DNA of 64,000 nt from positions 880,334 to 944,333 of the forward strand of contig JAXLYR010000002.1 of assembly GCA_046351325.1 (NCBI GenBank). The letters run 5' to 3'. Below the pieces are notes generated by a model, which saw only the letters and a list, made by a program, of their open reading frames with translations, had not been told where the DNA came from and ran no database searches. Below, one piece after another: positions 48,200-58,251 of this stretch. Source of the DNA: Polyangiaceae bacterium. Its GTDB lineage: Bacteria > Myxococcota_A > Polyangia > Polyangiales > Polyangiaceae. Position numbers and translations under genes: made by a program. Every line of letters starts with the position of its first letter. Within the stretch, counting starts at the first letter, position 1.

Positions 48200-48535
48200 G
48201 TGACGGCGGTGCGCCGCGGCCGACTTCGACGAGCGACCGCGTGGCTCGGAGCGGCGCTGTGGCTCCTCGGCGCGAGCGCCGCGGCGTGCACCAAATCCGA
48301 GCCGCGCGCCTTCGAGTGTCACTGCAGCTACCTGATGGACACCGACGTCCCGGGGACGATCGACGTCAGCGTCTGCATCGAAGGCGCCGTGATCCCCGAG
48401 ACGAAGGCCGCGGAGTGCGCGCAGGGCCAAGGCGTCGGCCACGTGGAGAAGTGCACATGCACCGAGGACGCGAGCGCTTGCGCGCCGAGCCAGCCGTGCG
48501 CGCAAGCGGCGAAGAAGAGCCCTTCGACGCCGTAG
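48200..48535 (+). CDS. Possible small Cys-rich lipoprotein
   Basis: GTG start. Signal AWLGAALWLLGASAAAC. 10 Cys in about 85 mature residues. Confidence 0.4.
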   Translation: MTAVRRGRLRRATAWLGAALWLLGASAAACTKSEPRAFECHCSYLMDTDVPGTIDVSVCIEGAVIPETKAAECAQGQGVGHVEKCTCTEDASACAPSQPCAQAAKKSPSTP

Positions 48536-48550
48536 AAGCGGGGAGCTCGG

Positions 48551-48931
48551 TCACACGTCGTACGTGCGGATCTCGAGCAGGTGGCGGTTCGGATCGTTGA
48601 AGTAGAGCGTGGGGGCGCGGCCGCGAGCTCCGGACTCTTCGCCGGGGCCGGTGTTGGTCCCCACCTTGTCGAACGCCGGTCCGTAGCCGATGCCTGCGCT
48701 CTTCAGCCTGTCGACGATGGCGTCGAACTCGGCGCGCGTGACGCTGAACGCGTAGTGCTCCATCCCCTGCGTGCCGTACGGCGCGAGCTGGAGCACGAAC
48801 TCGGGGCCCACGCGCAGCACCGTGAACGGGCCGTCTTTCCCTTCGTTTTCGAACCCGAGGATCGTCGAATAGAACGCGACGCTCTCGTCGAGATCGTTCA
48901 CCTTCAGAATGACATGGTCGAGCGCTGCCAC
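48551..48931 (-). CDS. Glyoxalase/bleomycin-resistance/VOC family protein
   Basis: LDHVILKVNDLDESVAFYSTILGFE...HYAFSV...LYFNDPNRHLLEI matches the VOC fold. 126 aa. Confidence 0.85.
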   Translation of the reverse strand: MAALDHVILKVNDLDESVAFYSTILGFENEGKDGPFTVLRVGPEFVLQLAPYGTQGMEHYAFSVTRAEFDAIVDRLKSAGIGYGPAFDKVGTNTGPGEESGARGRAPTLYFNDPNRHLLEIRTYDV

Positions 48932-48948
48932 GACGAGGACGATACGCG

Positions 48949-50991
48949 ATGACCGCGTTCGATGAACCGTCCGACAACCCCATGTCGAGCGGCGAGGCGC
49001 ACGAGCGGATCTGCAGAGGGCTCGACGTGGAGGGGCGTCCTGTCGACGGATCGCTCCTCTTCACCGACGAGTCCATCGTGAGCTTGCCGGTTGGGCTGAC
49101 GCTGTCGGGGCGCCTGTCGATCTCGTTTTGTTCGCGGCTCGAGTCGCTGCCGGTGGGGCTCACAGTCGGTGAGTCGGTGCATCTCCGTGACTGCAAACGC
49201 CTCCGTTTCTTGCCGCCCGACCTTGCCTTGCCGCGCTTGCACATCAGCGGCTGCCGCGGGCTCGATAGGATGCCGCGCGGCCTCCAGGTCGACGTCCTCG
49301 ACGTCGGCGACCAACTCCCGATGCACTACGGGCCGAGCACCCACGTCGGCACTGTCGCGGGCGGCGGCCCGCTGTGCGCCCTGAGTCTCGGGGACGACAG
49401 CGTCATCGGCGGCTCCGTGGTGATCTGCTCCGACGCGCCGCTGCCACGCGGACTCCGCGTGACGGGCGACCTCGATCTCGAGTGGAGTGGCGTTCGCTTC
49501 GTCCCCGACGATCTGCGCGTCGAAGGGACCTTGACGATCCCACCCAGCGCCGCGTCGCTGCCGCGCGTGTTCGCTGGTTCGGTGCGCATCGTCGGGGTCG
49601 TGCACCCCACGCTCGAGGGCCTGCGTGTGGAGGGCGATCTCCAGATCGTCAGGTGCCCTTACCTCCTTCGTGTGGCGGACCTCCGCTGCGGCGGGAGCGT
49701 GCGTCTCCGCGATTTGCCGGCCCTCGTCCAAGTCGAAGATGTCCGTGCTGCAGGCTTCGTCGACGTCCAGGGCTGCGATCGCTTGCGCGACTTCGAGCGC
49801 GTCGCGCACGGTCTCAACGGCGAGCCTCCGCCCGTGTACGCGAGCTCCGTCGATCGCCACGGCGCACCTGTCGCAAAGCGGGCTCGCGCCTCCATCGACG
49901 AGCTTTGGAGGGCGGTCCTCGATCAGCCGGACGACCGCGAGCGGATCCTCGTTTTCGCGGACGCGCTCCTCGATGCTGGCGACCGGCGTGGCGAGCTCAT
50001 CGCCCTCCAATGCAGGTCCGACCCGCCCTCTGCGGACGAGTTCGATCCGACGTTGGGGCCCGACGCGCGGGTCCTGTGCGGCGCCCTGGAGCCCGCGATC
50101 GACATGCCGCAAAGGGCTGCGTTTCGCCTCGGCCTCGTGCGCCGCGCGTGGGTGTCGCTCGAGAGCGAAGAGCGAGCGCGTGCGCTCCTCGATCTCCCTG
50201 ATTGGGCGACCGTCGAGCACGTCGCGTTCTCGTCGCCGATCTGGCGCGTCTCACGGCGTGCGCGGCGCCTCTGCTCCGTGCGGCTTTTGCCTGACATCGG
50301 CGCGACCACCAGGCGCGCGGACTTTCGCTTCGTCGAGCTCAGCCGCGACTTGAACGAGCTCGGACAACCCCTGCCACTGCTCGTCGTGCAGGCCGATTCG
50401 ACCCGCCCGTGGTCCCGCGGGTTGGCGTTGCTCCTCGCGGAGTCGCGCGCGATCGAGGCTCTCGAGCTACGCCTCGCCACGAACGGCGCCTACGCCGACG
50501 CAGAGACGCTCGGGTTCCTGAGGTCGGAGGGAGCCAGCACGCTCCGCGAGATCCGCCTCGCGATCGACGCGATTCACCCTTCGAACGGACTCAACCCCCT
50601 CATCGAAGCAGCCCTCGCCCAACCCTTGCTGCGTAGGCTCACGCTCTCCGAGAGCCCGTGGCATTGCGTGGTGCGGTCTGGCTTCTCGCAACACGAGCAC
50701 TCGAAGGTGAGCTGCCTCGATGACCCTGCGGGGTACCAGCTCGACTACCAGCGGGACGTGGCTCGCCCCGACACGTTCCACGCCATGTTGTCTCGGACTG
50801 GCGAGCCGCGATCGAGCCTCGAGACCATGATGCCCCTCGTCGCCAACACCAAGCGCTTCACGCTCCGATGGACCCCTGATTGGCAGCCGACCGAGTCCGA
50901 AGTGGCCGAGGTCGAACACTTGGTCGCGCGCCACTGCCCCGCGCTCGAGAGCTTCGAGGTGGCGGACCAACCCCTCGGTGGCGAGCGGTGA
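48949..50991 (+). CDS. Protein with LRR-like Cys-containing repeats and a TIGR02996 repeat-companion domain
   Basis: N-terminal ~270 aa of irregular Leu-rich repeats (LPVGLTLSGRLSISFCSRLESLPVGLTV...LRDCKRLRFLPPDL...HISGCRGLDRMP). Central block DQPDDRERILVFADALLDAGDRRGELIALQ resembles the TIGR02996 signature (recalled). More Leu-rich sequence C-terminally. Confidence 0.7.
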   Translation: MTAFDEPSDNPMSSGEAHERICRGLDVEGRPVDGSLLFTDESIVSLPVGLTLSGRLSISFCSRLESLPVGLTVGESVHLRDCKRLRFLPPDLALPRLHISGCRGLDRMPRGLQVDVLDVGDQLPMHYGPSTHVGTVAGGGPLCALSLGDDSVIGGSVVICSDAPLPRGLRVTGDLDLEWSGVRFVPDDLRVEGTLTIPPSAASLPRVFAGSVRIVGVVHPTLEGLRVEGDLQIVRCPYLLRVADLRCGGSVRLRDLPALVQVEDVRAAGFVDVQGCDRLRDFERVAHGLNGEPPPVYASSVDRHGAPVAKRARASIDELWRAVLDQPDDRERILVFADALLDAGDRRGELIALQCRSDPPSADEFDPTLGPDARVLCGALEPAIDMPQRAAFRLGLVRRAWVSLESEERARALLDLPDWATVEHVAFSSPIWRVSRRARRLCSVRLLPDIGATTRRADFRFVELSRDLNELGQPLPLLVVQADSTRPWSRGLALLLAESRAIEALELRLATNGAYADAETLGFLRSEGASTLREIRLAIDAIHPSNGLNPLIEAALAQPLLRRLTLSESPWHCVVRSGFSQHEHSKVSCLDDPAGYQLDYQRDVARPDTFHAMLSRTGEPRSSLETMMPLVANTKRFTLRWTPDWQPTESEVAEVEHLVARHCPALESFEVADQPLGGER

Positions 50992-51010
50992 GTGAGGGCT
51001 TCCGCACGAC

Positions 51011-51915
51011 TTACTGCAGTGGAAGCGTGCCCCCCGCCGACAAGAGACCGTCATACAAGGCGAAGGCCTCGAGCCGCGTGGAGACGGCCCACTCGCCCAC
51101 CATCAAGAGCTCGCTCGCGATCGATTCGATCGCGAACGTCACATTGCCGAGTGGCAGGAGCTGAAGCGCGGCTGCGGGGACGGTCGCGGAGCCGGCCGTG
51201 ATGTCGTAGACGCAGGTGAGGTTGTGCGAGGTGCCGCCGGTGGCGTCGCTCGTGTAGGCCCCGAACATGATTGTAAGTGATCCCTCGGTCGGGCCTGCCG
51301 CCCACGTGACGAGGAGGTCGCTCGTGCTGTCGATCGCGGCCCCGAGCTGGTCCGAGGTCAGGTTGACCACGTCTGGAGCCGTCAGCGTCGACGAGAACGC
51401 CGGCACCGCGTCCCCCGTTGCGGAGATGGTCACCACATCGCCGTCGACGAAGTAGTGCTGTGTGTCGTTGCCGCCGCTGTAGAGGTTCTGCGCGTTCGGG
51501 GTGAGCGCCACCGTCTGCGCGCCCCCGCTGAACTCGATCGTGCCCGCCCCGAACGGCGGGACTACGGGCAGACCCGCAGGCGCGAAGCAGCTCACGAAGG
51601 TGCACGGCCCTTCTTCGACGGTCGTGCACGTGTAGCCGGACCAGTCGAAGAAGCTCGCGGAGAGCACGTGACTCGGCAGGCCGTTGGTCACGGCCTCGAG
51701 CACGACGGCCCGCGCTTGTCGGGCAGCGCAGGGAGCCCGCCGCCTGCTCCGCCACTGGCGGTCCCACCCGAGCCTCCGCCACCCGCGCTCGCGCCGCCGA
51801 TCGCGCCAGCGCCGCCGTCAGGCGAGCCTCCAGCGCCGCCCTGCGCGCCGGACCCCCCGCTGTCGCCACACCCGCCGAGCCCCAACGCGAGCGCGAGCCA
51901 ACAATACCGCATCAT
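51011..51915 (-). CDS. Secreted lipoprotein with Gly-rich linker and Cys/Thr-rich C-terminal domain. Apparent frameshift near 51700.
   Basis: N-terminal MMRYCWLALALGLGGCGDSGG lipoprotein signal plus (GGS/GGA)n linker in the frame of ORF 51688-51963. The globular domain (TCTTVEEGPCTFVSC...) is in the frame of ORF 51011-51703. Confidence 0.45.
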
Positions 51916-52081
51916 CTCTCGAGGCGAGCGGCGTCCTCCTCCCCTGTCAAGCGTGCCCGTCAACGAAGCTGCAACGTTGCGTGGGCTCGACCTGCAACGC
52001 TGGCTCGAACGCGCGCGCTCGCGAATTTTCGAAGAAGACCTCGGATATCAGACGGCACGTCGGTTGCCGTTGCGGCCTGCC

Positions 52082-52558
52082 ATGACGAACGCCGACCCGA
52101 GCTACACCTTCCCCCAGGCGATGAACCCCGCGACGCAGCCCTATGCGGGGTACGCGGCGCCGAGGCCCGCGCCACGACCGAAGCGAACCATCTTCGGCAT
52201 CATCGGCATGTTGCCGGCCCTCGCCGCAGCCGTGTTCGTCGTGCTCGCGGCCCGCCGTCTTTCTCTGCTCCTCGACGTCGGTGACGCCGAGAAGGAGGTC
52301 AAGAACTGGGTGGGCGCGATCGTCTACAACGGCGTTCTGCAGCGTCTGCGCATCTACGGGATCGCGGGTGGCTTCGCCGCGCTCTTGAGCTTGCCGTTCT
52401 CGCTCGTCGGCCTGCGCTCGACCGTCGGAAAGATCGCGCTCTTGCTCGGGCTCGCGTCGCTCGGTAGCGCCATCTACGTCGAGTACGCCTCGAAGGACAT
52501 GAAGTACTTGAACGAGGACAGCTTCCTCGAGAAGAACAAGCGCCGGCACCACGACTGA
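52082..52558 (+). CDS. Small membrane protein (Pro-rich N-terminus, three hydrophobic segments)
   Basis: ATG start. Hydrophobic segments TIFGIIGMLPALAAAVFVVLAA, IAGGFAALLSLPFSLVGL and IALLLGLASLGSAIYV. 158 aa. Confidence 0.45.
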   Translation: MTNADPSYTFPQAMNPATQPYAGYAAPRPAPRPKRTIFGIIGMLPALAAAVFVVLAARRLSLLLDVGDAEKEVKNWVGAIVYNGVLQRLRIYGIAGGFAALLSLPFSLVGLRSTVGKIALLLGLASLGSAIYVEYASKDMKYLNEDSFLEKNKRRHHD

Positions 52559-52597
52559 GCCTGATCGCTGTTCGAGACTCGCGAGGCTCGATGACGA

Positions 52598-53095
52598 TCA
52601 ATCGCAGCCCTTCCCGCACACCATCAAGAACCGGATCGCGCGGACGCGCAGGTCGAGCCTGCCCGGCGGCGGGGGCGGCACCTGCTTCCCCACCTTCGAG
52701 CTGAGCAGCTGGTGCACCGCGTGGTCGAACGTCGTGTTGCCGCTCGCGCTCAAGACTTCGTAGGACACGATGATTTGCTCTTCGTCGAGCGCTACAGAGA
52801 CCTCGGCCTTCAGCTTGGTCATCTCTGCTGCTGGGAGGCCGAGACCATGCACACGGAACCCACGCGCGAAGAAGGATCGAAGCCGGCGTTCGTACTCCTC
52901 GACCTCGGCTCGACTCTCAGCGCTGGGTTGATCGGTGGTCTTCGAGGGCTGGGAGATGGGCCTGCCGCTCTCCGCTGGCGAGGGCGTCGTGTCATTCCCC
53001 CGAACGGGCGGTGGCGGTGTGCATGACAGCAGGAATGCGAGCGCGCCCACCCACTTCGGCCCAACGCCGAGGCCCTGCGTATCGAGCGCTTTCAC
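52598..53095 (-). CDS. Hypothetical lipoprotein
   Basis: Signal plus lipobox ALAFLLSCTPPPP. 165 aa. Directly downstream of the KAS gene on the same strand. Confidence 0.5.
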   Translation of the reverse strand: MKALDTQGLGVGPKWVGALAFLLSCTPPPPVRGNDTTPSPAESGRPISQPSKTTDQPSAESRAEVEEYERRLRSFFARGFRVHGLGLPAAEMTKLKAEVSVALDEEQIIVSYEVLSASGNTTFDHAVHQLLSSKVGKQVPPPPPGRLDLRVRAIRFLMVCGKGCD

Positions 53096-53122
53096 GCTTG
53101 TAAGATACGCTGCCGTGAGCCG

Positions 53123-54406
53123 CTACGCGCGCTGGAACACGATCGCGCAGTTGTGCCCGCCGAACCCTGCCGAGAGCTTCAGCGCGTAGCGCGCGTCGAT
53201 GGGGCGAGCCTCGCGCACGAGGTCGAGGCCGAGCGCGGGGTCGACGTCGTCCGCGTTGATCGACGGGTGCGCGCGTTGCTCGAGGAGGGAGAGCACCGTG
53301 ATCGCGGCCTCGACGCCGCCGGCGCCGCCGAGCAAGTGCCCGAGCATCGACTTGGTCGCGGAGATGGGAATCTTGGACAGCGTCTCACCAAAGACGCTGC
53401 GTAGGACCGCGACCTCAGCGAGATCGCCCTGGGGCGTGCTCGTCGCGTGCGGGTTGATGTAGCCGACGTCGCCGGGCTGGATGCCGGCGCGCGCGAGCGC
53501 CCGCTCCGCCGCGAGGCGCAGACCGCGGCCGTCCTCGTGAGGGCGCGTGAGGTGGTCGCCGTCGCTCGTCATGCCGAAGCCAGCGACGTACCCGAGGATC
53601 GTCGCGCCGCGCGCGCGGGCCGTGTCCTCACCCTCGAGGATGAGCGCGCCCGCGCCCTCACCCATGACGAAGCCATTGCGGCGCTGGTCGAACGGGCGGC
53701 TCGTCTTCGTCGGATCGCCGTCGATGCTGCGGCCGAGCGCGCGCGCGTTGCCGAAGCCTGCGACCGTCGTCACGCGGGTCGCGGCCTCGGAGCCGCCCGC
53801 GATCATCACGTCGGCCTCGCCGGCCTCGATCATCAGCGTGCTCGTCGCGATCGAGTGCATGCCCGTCGCGCAAGCGCTCGCGATGTTGTAGCTCGGCCCC
53901 ATGAAGCCGTAGCGCATGCACAAGAGCGCCGGCACGACGTTGAGCATCACCGCGGGGATGAAGAACGGCGAGACGATGCGCGGGCCGCGCTCGTGCGCCT
54001 TGAGGATGGTCTCCTCGAAGACATCGACGGCGCCCTGGCCCGTCGACATCAGCGAGCCGACGCGCGCCGCGTCGACGGGCAACGACGAGGAGGCCTCGAC
54101 CTGCTCGTCCGGCTTGGGAAAATCCAAGCCCGCGCGCGCGAGCGCCTCGATGGCGGCGCCGAGGGCGAACGGCACGACGCGACCGAAGATCTCGCTCTCC
54201 TTCGGGGAGAGGTGCTTCTTCGCGTCGTAGTCGCGCACCATCGCCGCGACGTCGGTGCGCAGCTTCTCGGTCGGGAACTCGGTGATCTTGGTGACGCCGC
54301 TCTCGCCGCCGAGGAGCCTGCGCCACGTGGTCGGCAGATCGTGCCCGAGCGGCGTGACGGCGCCGACGCCCGTGATCGCGACGCGGCGCCTCACGACGCG
54401 CTCCAC
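53123..54406 (-). CDS. Beta-ketoacyl-ACP synthase (KAS I/II-like)
   Basis: Active-site Cys (NIASACATGMHSIA). His (HATSTPQGDLAE). Lys/His (KSMLGHLLGGAGGVEA). 427 aa. Confidence 0.9.
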   Translation of the reverse strand: MERVVRRRVAITGVGAVTPLGHDLPTTWRRLLGGESGVTKITEFPTEKLRTDVAAMVRDYDAKKHLSPKESEIFGRVVPFALGAAIEALARAGLDFPKPDEQVEASSSLPVDAARVGSLMSTGQGAVDVFEETILKAHERGPRIVSPFFIPAVMLNVVPALLCMRYGFMGPSYNIASACATGMHSIATSTLMIEAGEADVMIAGGSEAATRVTTVAGFGNARALGRSIDGDPTKTSRPFDQRRNGFVMGEGAGALILEGEDTARARGATILGYVAGFGMTSDGDHLTRPHEDGRGLRLAAERALARAGIQPGDVGYINPHATSTPQGDLAEVAVLRSVFGETLSKIPISATKSMLGHLLGGAGGVEAAITVLSLLEQRAHPSINADDVDPALGLDLVREARPIDARYALKLSAGFGGHNCAIVFQRA

Positions 54407-55299
54407 ACCGCGGGCTGCGCGCCGTCGCGGCCGGCGCGCCTCGCGCCCGAAAGCTGGGTGCTCAGCGCGCGCGCCTCGCGGGCGCGGACGCGTGCGGCGG
54501 CGAGCTCTTGTCGGCTCACGCCGAGCCGCTTCATGACGGGGAGGTAGATGCGCTGGATGAACATGTCGCGATCGACGCCTGTCTCCCGAACGTGGGCGAG
54601 GCGCTCGTCATAATCCGGCAGCGATCCGGCGCCAGGGCTTTCGAAGGTCGCGAGCACCTCGGCGAGATCCTCGAGCGCGGCCTCGCGGTTCTCACCGAGG
54701 AGCGCGTGCGTCGCGCGCTCGAAGAACTTGGCGTGCGCGTTCTCGTCCCGCGCGAGAAAATCGAAGATGCTGCGCAGGCACTCGTCGCCCTCGCGCATCG
54801 CGGCCTCACGGTGGCGCGCGTAGGTGAGGAACGTCGCGAGCTCCTGGAGGAGCGCGAAGAAGAGCATGCGTCGCGCTCCGCCGAGCGGCGTGCGCGCGCC
54901 GTCGACCGAGAACGGTGGTCGCCACGGCGCCTCGAGGACGCGAGCCTCGAGCGAGGCGAGCGCTGCGCGATCGCGGGCCCCGGAGGCGACGAGCCAGTCG
55001 CCGAGGGCCTGATGGTGGCGGACCTTCTCGGCCGCCCAGCTCGGCACGTAGCGAGCCGCCGCGGGCGCCGCACGCAGGAGCGTGAGCCCGACGCTGACGT
55101 AGTCGGGCAGGCCGCTCTCGATCGCGAAGAAGGTCTCGACCGCGAGGACGAGGCCCGCGCTCGGGCGCTTCGTCACGCGATGCCACGGGAGATCCTCGAG
55201 GCTCCAACGGCGCTCGACGTCCGCGCGCGCCAGCGCGGCGCGCGTGAGCTCCTCGAGCCGCCCGTGAGCGTCGGTCGATGCGAGCGAGGCAGGAGACAC
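54391..55299 (-). CDS. Ferritin-like di-iron carboxylate protein (acyl-ACP desaturase / R2-like)
   Basis: Two E...(D/E)ExxH-type blocks (LQELATFLTYARHREAAMREGDE and FLARDENAHAKFFERA). About 300 aa. Located between the ACP and KAS genes. Confidence 0.5.
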   Translation of the reverse strand: MSPASLASTDAHGRLEELTRAALARADVERRWSLEDLPWHRVTKRPSAGLVLAVETFFAIESGLPDYVSVGLTLLRAAPAAARYVPSWAAEKVRHHQALGDWLVASGARDRAALASLEARVLEAPWRPPFSVDGARTPLGGARRMLFFALLQELATFLTYARHREAAMREGDECLRSIFDFLARDENAHAKFFERATHALLGENREAALEDLAEVLATFESPGAGSLPDYDERLAHVRETGVDRDMFIQRIYLPVMKRLGVSRQELAAARVRAREARALSTQLSGARRAGRDGAQPAVWSAS

Positions 55300-55327
55300 G
55301 TGGACCTCGGGACCTCGCCGCGTCTTC

Positions 55328-55573
55328 TCAGGCCTGGACGCGCGCTTCGACCTTGCTGACGAGGTCGCCCACGGTCCGGATCTCGACGAGGTCCTCGTCG
55401 GGGATCATCACGCCGAGCTCGCTCTCCATCTCGCCGACGATCTGCATCATCGAGAGCGAGTCGATGCCGAGCTCGGTGATGACCGAAGCCTTCGTCACGT
55501 GGTCGAACCCGCGCTTGTCGACGCGCGCCGCGACCGTCTTGAACACACCCAGCAGATCCTTGTTGTCACTCAT
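55328..55573 (-). CDS. Acyl carrier protein
   Basis: ELGIDSLSMMQIVGEMESELGV is a Ser-containing phosphopantetheine-attachment motif. 81 aa. Confidence 0.85.
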   Translation of the reverse strand: MSDNKDLLGVFKTVAARVDKRGFDHVTKASVITELGIDSLSMMQIVGEMESELGVMIPDEDLVEIRTVGDLVSKVEARVQA

Positions 55574-55600
55574 GGCTGTCGTCTCTGGTCTCTCGAGGGG

Positions 55601-56458
55601 TCAATCGATGCGGCGCAGCTCGTACTGCGCGAGGGAGCTGTAGTGCTTGTCGAACGCGGTCACGCACGTGTCGAGGTAGCGCTCGTAGTCGAGGAAGAGG
55701 CGCTCGCCCCACTTCTCGCGGATCGTCTTCTCGTTGAGGCGCAGGCGGCGCAGCCACTCGCCGGTGGTCTTGCCGTAGTGCTCGCGGCGCGAGTGCACGG
55801 TCATGACCTCCCAGTAGGGGTTCACGGCCTGGATGACGTCCTCGAGCCTGGGGTTGAGGCCGCCCGGGAAGATGTTGTGCGTGACCCAGAAGATGTCCTC
55901 GAGGTCCTTGCCGCGGCGCGGGGTGCGGTTGCGCAGAATGGTTTGTAGGCCAAACCATGAGCCCGGCGTCGTGATCTCCCAGCACTTCTTGAAGTACTGG
56001 CGGTAGATGTCGATGGCCTTGCCCTCGCGAGCCTCTTGGGGCGAGCAGAGGTGATCCATCATGCAGATGGAGATGAGGCCGTCGAACTTCTTCTCCGGTT
56101 GCCACGTGCGGAAGTCGCCCGCGACACACTGGACGCCCGGGATCTTCCGAGCGTTGACCTCGTCGGCCATCGCGCTCGAGAGCGTGATACCGACCGCGTC
56201 CTTCACGTTGCGGGTCGTCGCGAGGTACTCGACGCAAGCGCCCCAGCCGCACCCGATGTCGAGGATGCGCTTGTCGGGCGTGACCTTCGCCATCTCGGAG
56301 AGGATGCGGAGCTTGTTGAGCTGCGCTGCCTCGAGGGGCTGGTCCCAGCTCTCGTAGACGGCGCATGTGTAGTTCATGCGCTCGTCGAGCCAGAGCCGGA
56401 AGAACTCGTTCGAGACGTCGTAGCTGACCTCGACGTCCGCCTTGGTGGATCCCATCAC
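55601..56458 (-). CDS. Cyclopropane-fatty-acyl / mycolic-acid-type SAM-dependent methyltransferase (CMAS family)
   Basis: N-terminal SYDVSNEFFRLWLDERMNYTCAVYE (compare the Cfa HYDLSNDFF block). SAM motif I ILDIGCGWGACVEYLA. 285 aa. Start overlaps the FAAL stop (ATGA). Confidence 0.85.
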   Translation of the reverse strand: MMGSTKADVEVSYDVSNEFFRLWLDERMNYTCAVYESWDQPLEAAQLNKLRILSEMAKVTPDKRILDIGCGWGACVEYLATTRNVKDAVGITLSSAMADEVNARKIPGVQCVAGDFRTWQPEKKFDGLISICMMDHLCSPQEAREGKAIDIYRQYFKKCWEITTPGSWFGLQTILRNRTPRRGKDLEDIFWVTHNIFPGGLNPRLEDVIQAVNPYWEVMTVHSRREHYGKTTGEWLRRLRLNEKTIREKWGERLFLDYERYLDTCVTAFDKHYSSLAQYELRRID

Positions 56459-58251
56459 TCTCCTCCGCTGCGTGCTGCTTCCAACGATGTGGCCTCGGTG
56501 GGCCGTGTGAGTCTTCGTGATCCCGCCGCGCCTGCGTCGGGGGCGGGCGGGGGCGGCAAGCTGTCGAGGTTCTCCTCACCCTCGGTGAGGAACTCGAGCT
56601 CGCCTGCCTCGAGGCGGGCCTTCGCCTCGCGTCGGCGGACCTTGCCGCTCGATGTCTTCGGGAGCGTGCCCCGCTTGATGAGGTGGACCTCGCCGAGCAC
56701 GATGCCGATCTCGGCGCGGACCAGCTGGATCACCTCGGAGATGACGTCGGCCGCGGTGCCGGCGCGCGGGCCGAGCTTGGCCTCGGCGACGAGGACACAG
56801 TGCTCGCCGCCCTTCTCGTCGAGGGTGCTGAACGCGACGCACTGCCCGTCGCGGATGCCGGCCGCGCGCGACGCGACGGCCTCGATGTCCTGCGGGTAGT
56901 AGTTGCGACCGTTCAGGATGATGAGGTCCTTGTGTCGGCCGCAGATGTGGAGCCGGCCGGCCGCGAGGTACCCGAGGTCCCCGGTGCGGAGCCATCCATC
57001 CGGCAGAAAAACCTCGGCGGTGGCTTCAGCGTTGTTGAAGTAACCGCGGGTCACGCTCGGGCCGCGCACCTGGATCTCACCGACCTGCCGATCGCCGAGC
57101 GGCTCGTTGTTCGGGCCGGCGATGCGCAGCTCGTGGTTGGGGAAGGGCTTGCCACACGCGACGAGCTCCATCGCGGCGCGCGCGCCCTCGGCGCGGGTCG
57201 CGCTGCCACGTCGCATCGAGTCGACGTCGACGCTGTCGGTGACGAGCTCTTCGTCGAGGCCCATGAAGGTGATCGCGAGCGTCGACTCGGCCATCCCGTA
57301 GCTCGGGAGGATCGCCTTCGGCGAGAGGCCGTTCTTCTCGAACCGTGCGAGGAACGTCCGCATGACCTCGGCCTGGATGGGCTCGGCGCCACAACCCATG
57401 GCGCGCATGCACGAGAGATCCCAGCCGCGCGACTGCGTCTCGGTGACCGCGCGCGCCGCGAGCGCGTAGGCGAAGTTCGGCGCGAAGGTGATCGTGCCGC
57501 GGAAGCGGTGCACGGTGTCGAGCCAGGTCGACGGCCTGCGGATGAAGGCCATCGTCGGCAGGAATACGACCGGCGTGCTCGTGTAGAGCGGCGCCACCAC
57601 GAAGCCGATGAGGCCCATGTCGTGGTAGAGCGGCAGCCAGCTGATGCCGCGATCTTCGGGCGTCGCGCGCAGACCGTCGACCATGATGGCTTGCGCGTTC
57701 GCCGCGAGGTTCTCGAAGCTCACCATCACGCCCTTCGGCTTGGAGGTGCTGCCGCTCGTGAACTGCAGGAACGCGAGGTCCTGGAGATCGACCGGCGGCG
57801 GGGGCTCGCGGTCGTCTTCGCTGCCGTGGGTCTCGGCCTCGAGCACGACGCGCGTGCCCGTCGCGCCCGCGAGGTGCTCGCTCATCAGATCGCGGAGCGC
57901 TGCGCTCGTGACGAGGAGCTTCGCGCCGCTCGCCTCGAGGATGTGGCGGACGGTGTCGCCGTAGGCCTCCATCTTGGCGAGCGTCTGCGGCGGGTACATC
58001 GGGACTGCGACGATGCCGGCCGTGAGGCACGCCATGAAGGTGAGGACGAACTCGTCGGGCTCGGGCAGGACGAGCGCGACGCGATCGCCCTTCTCGACGC
58101 CGAGCTTGTAGAGCGCCTGGGCGCGCTGGCACGCGGTCGTCCAAAGCTTCGCGAAGGGGACCTGACGCTCCTCGCCGTTGGCGCGGACGAAGGTGACAGA
58201 GCGTGTCTCGACCGTGGCGTTGTCCCGGAGGACTTGGACGAAGGTGCGCAT
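56455..58251 (-). CDS. Fatty acyl-AMP ligase (FAAL) / long-chain acyl-adenylate-forming enzyme
   Basis: A3 motif FLQFTSGSTSKPKGVMVS. A5 YGMAEST. A7/A8 TGDLGY. A10 KTSSGKVRR. I chose the MRTFVQ start. FAAL-type insertion region present. Confidence 0.85.
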   Translation of the reverse strand: MRTFVQVLRDNATVETRSVTFVRANGEERQVPFAKLWTTACQRAQALYKLGVEKGDRVALVLPEPDEFVLTFMACLTAGIVAVPMYPPQTLAKMEAYGDTVRHILEASGAKLLVTSAALRDLMSEHLAGATGTRVVLEAETHGSEDDREPPPPVDLQDLAFLQFTSGSTSKPKGVMVSFENLAANAQAIMVDGLRATPEDRGISWLPLYHDMGLIGFVVAPLYTSTPVVFLPTMAFIRRPSTWLDTVHRFRGTITFAPNFAYALAARAVTETQSRGWDLSCMRAMGCGAEPIQAEVMRTFLARFEKNGLSPKAILPSYGMAESTLAITFMGLDEELVTDSVDVDSMRRGSATRAEGARAAMELVACGKPFPNHELRIAGPNNEPLGDRQVGEIQVRGPSVTRGYFNNAEATAEVFLPDGWLRTGDLGYLAAGRLHICGRHKDLIILNGRNYYPQDIEAVASRAAGIRDGQCVAFSTLDEKGGEHCVLVAEAKLGPRAGTAADVISEVIQLVRAEIGIVLGEVHLIKRGTLPKTSSGKVRRREAKARLEAGELEFLTEGEENLDSLPPPPAPDAGAAGSRRLTRPTEATSLEAARSGGE

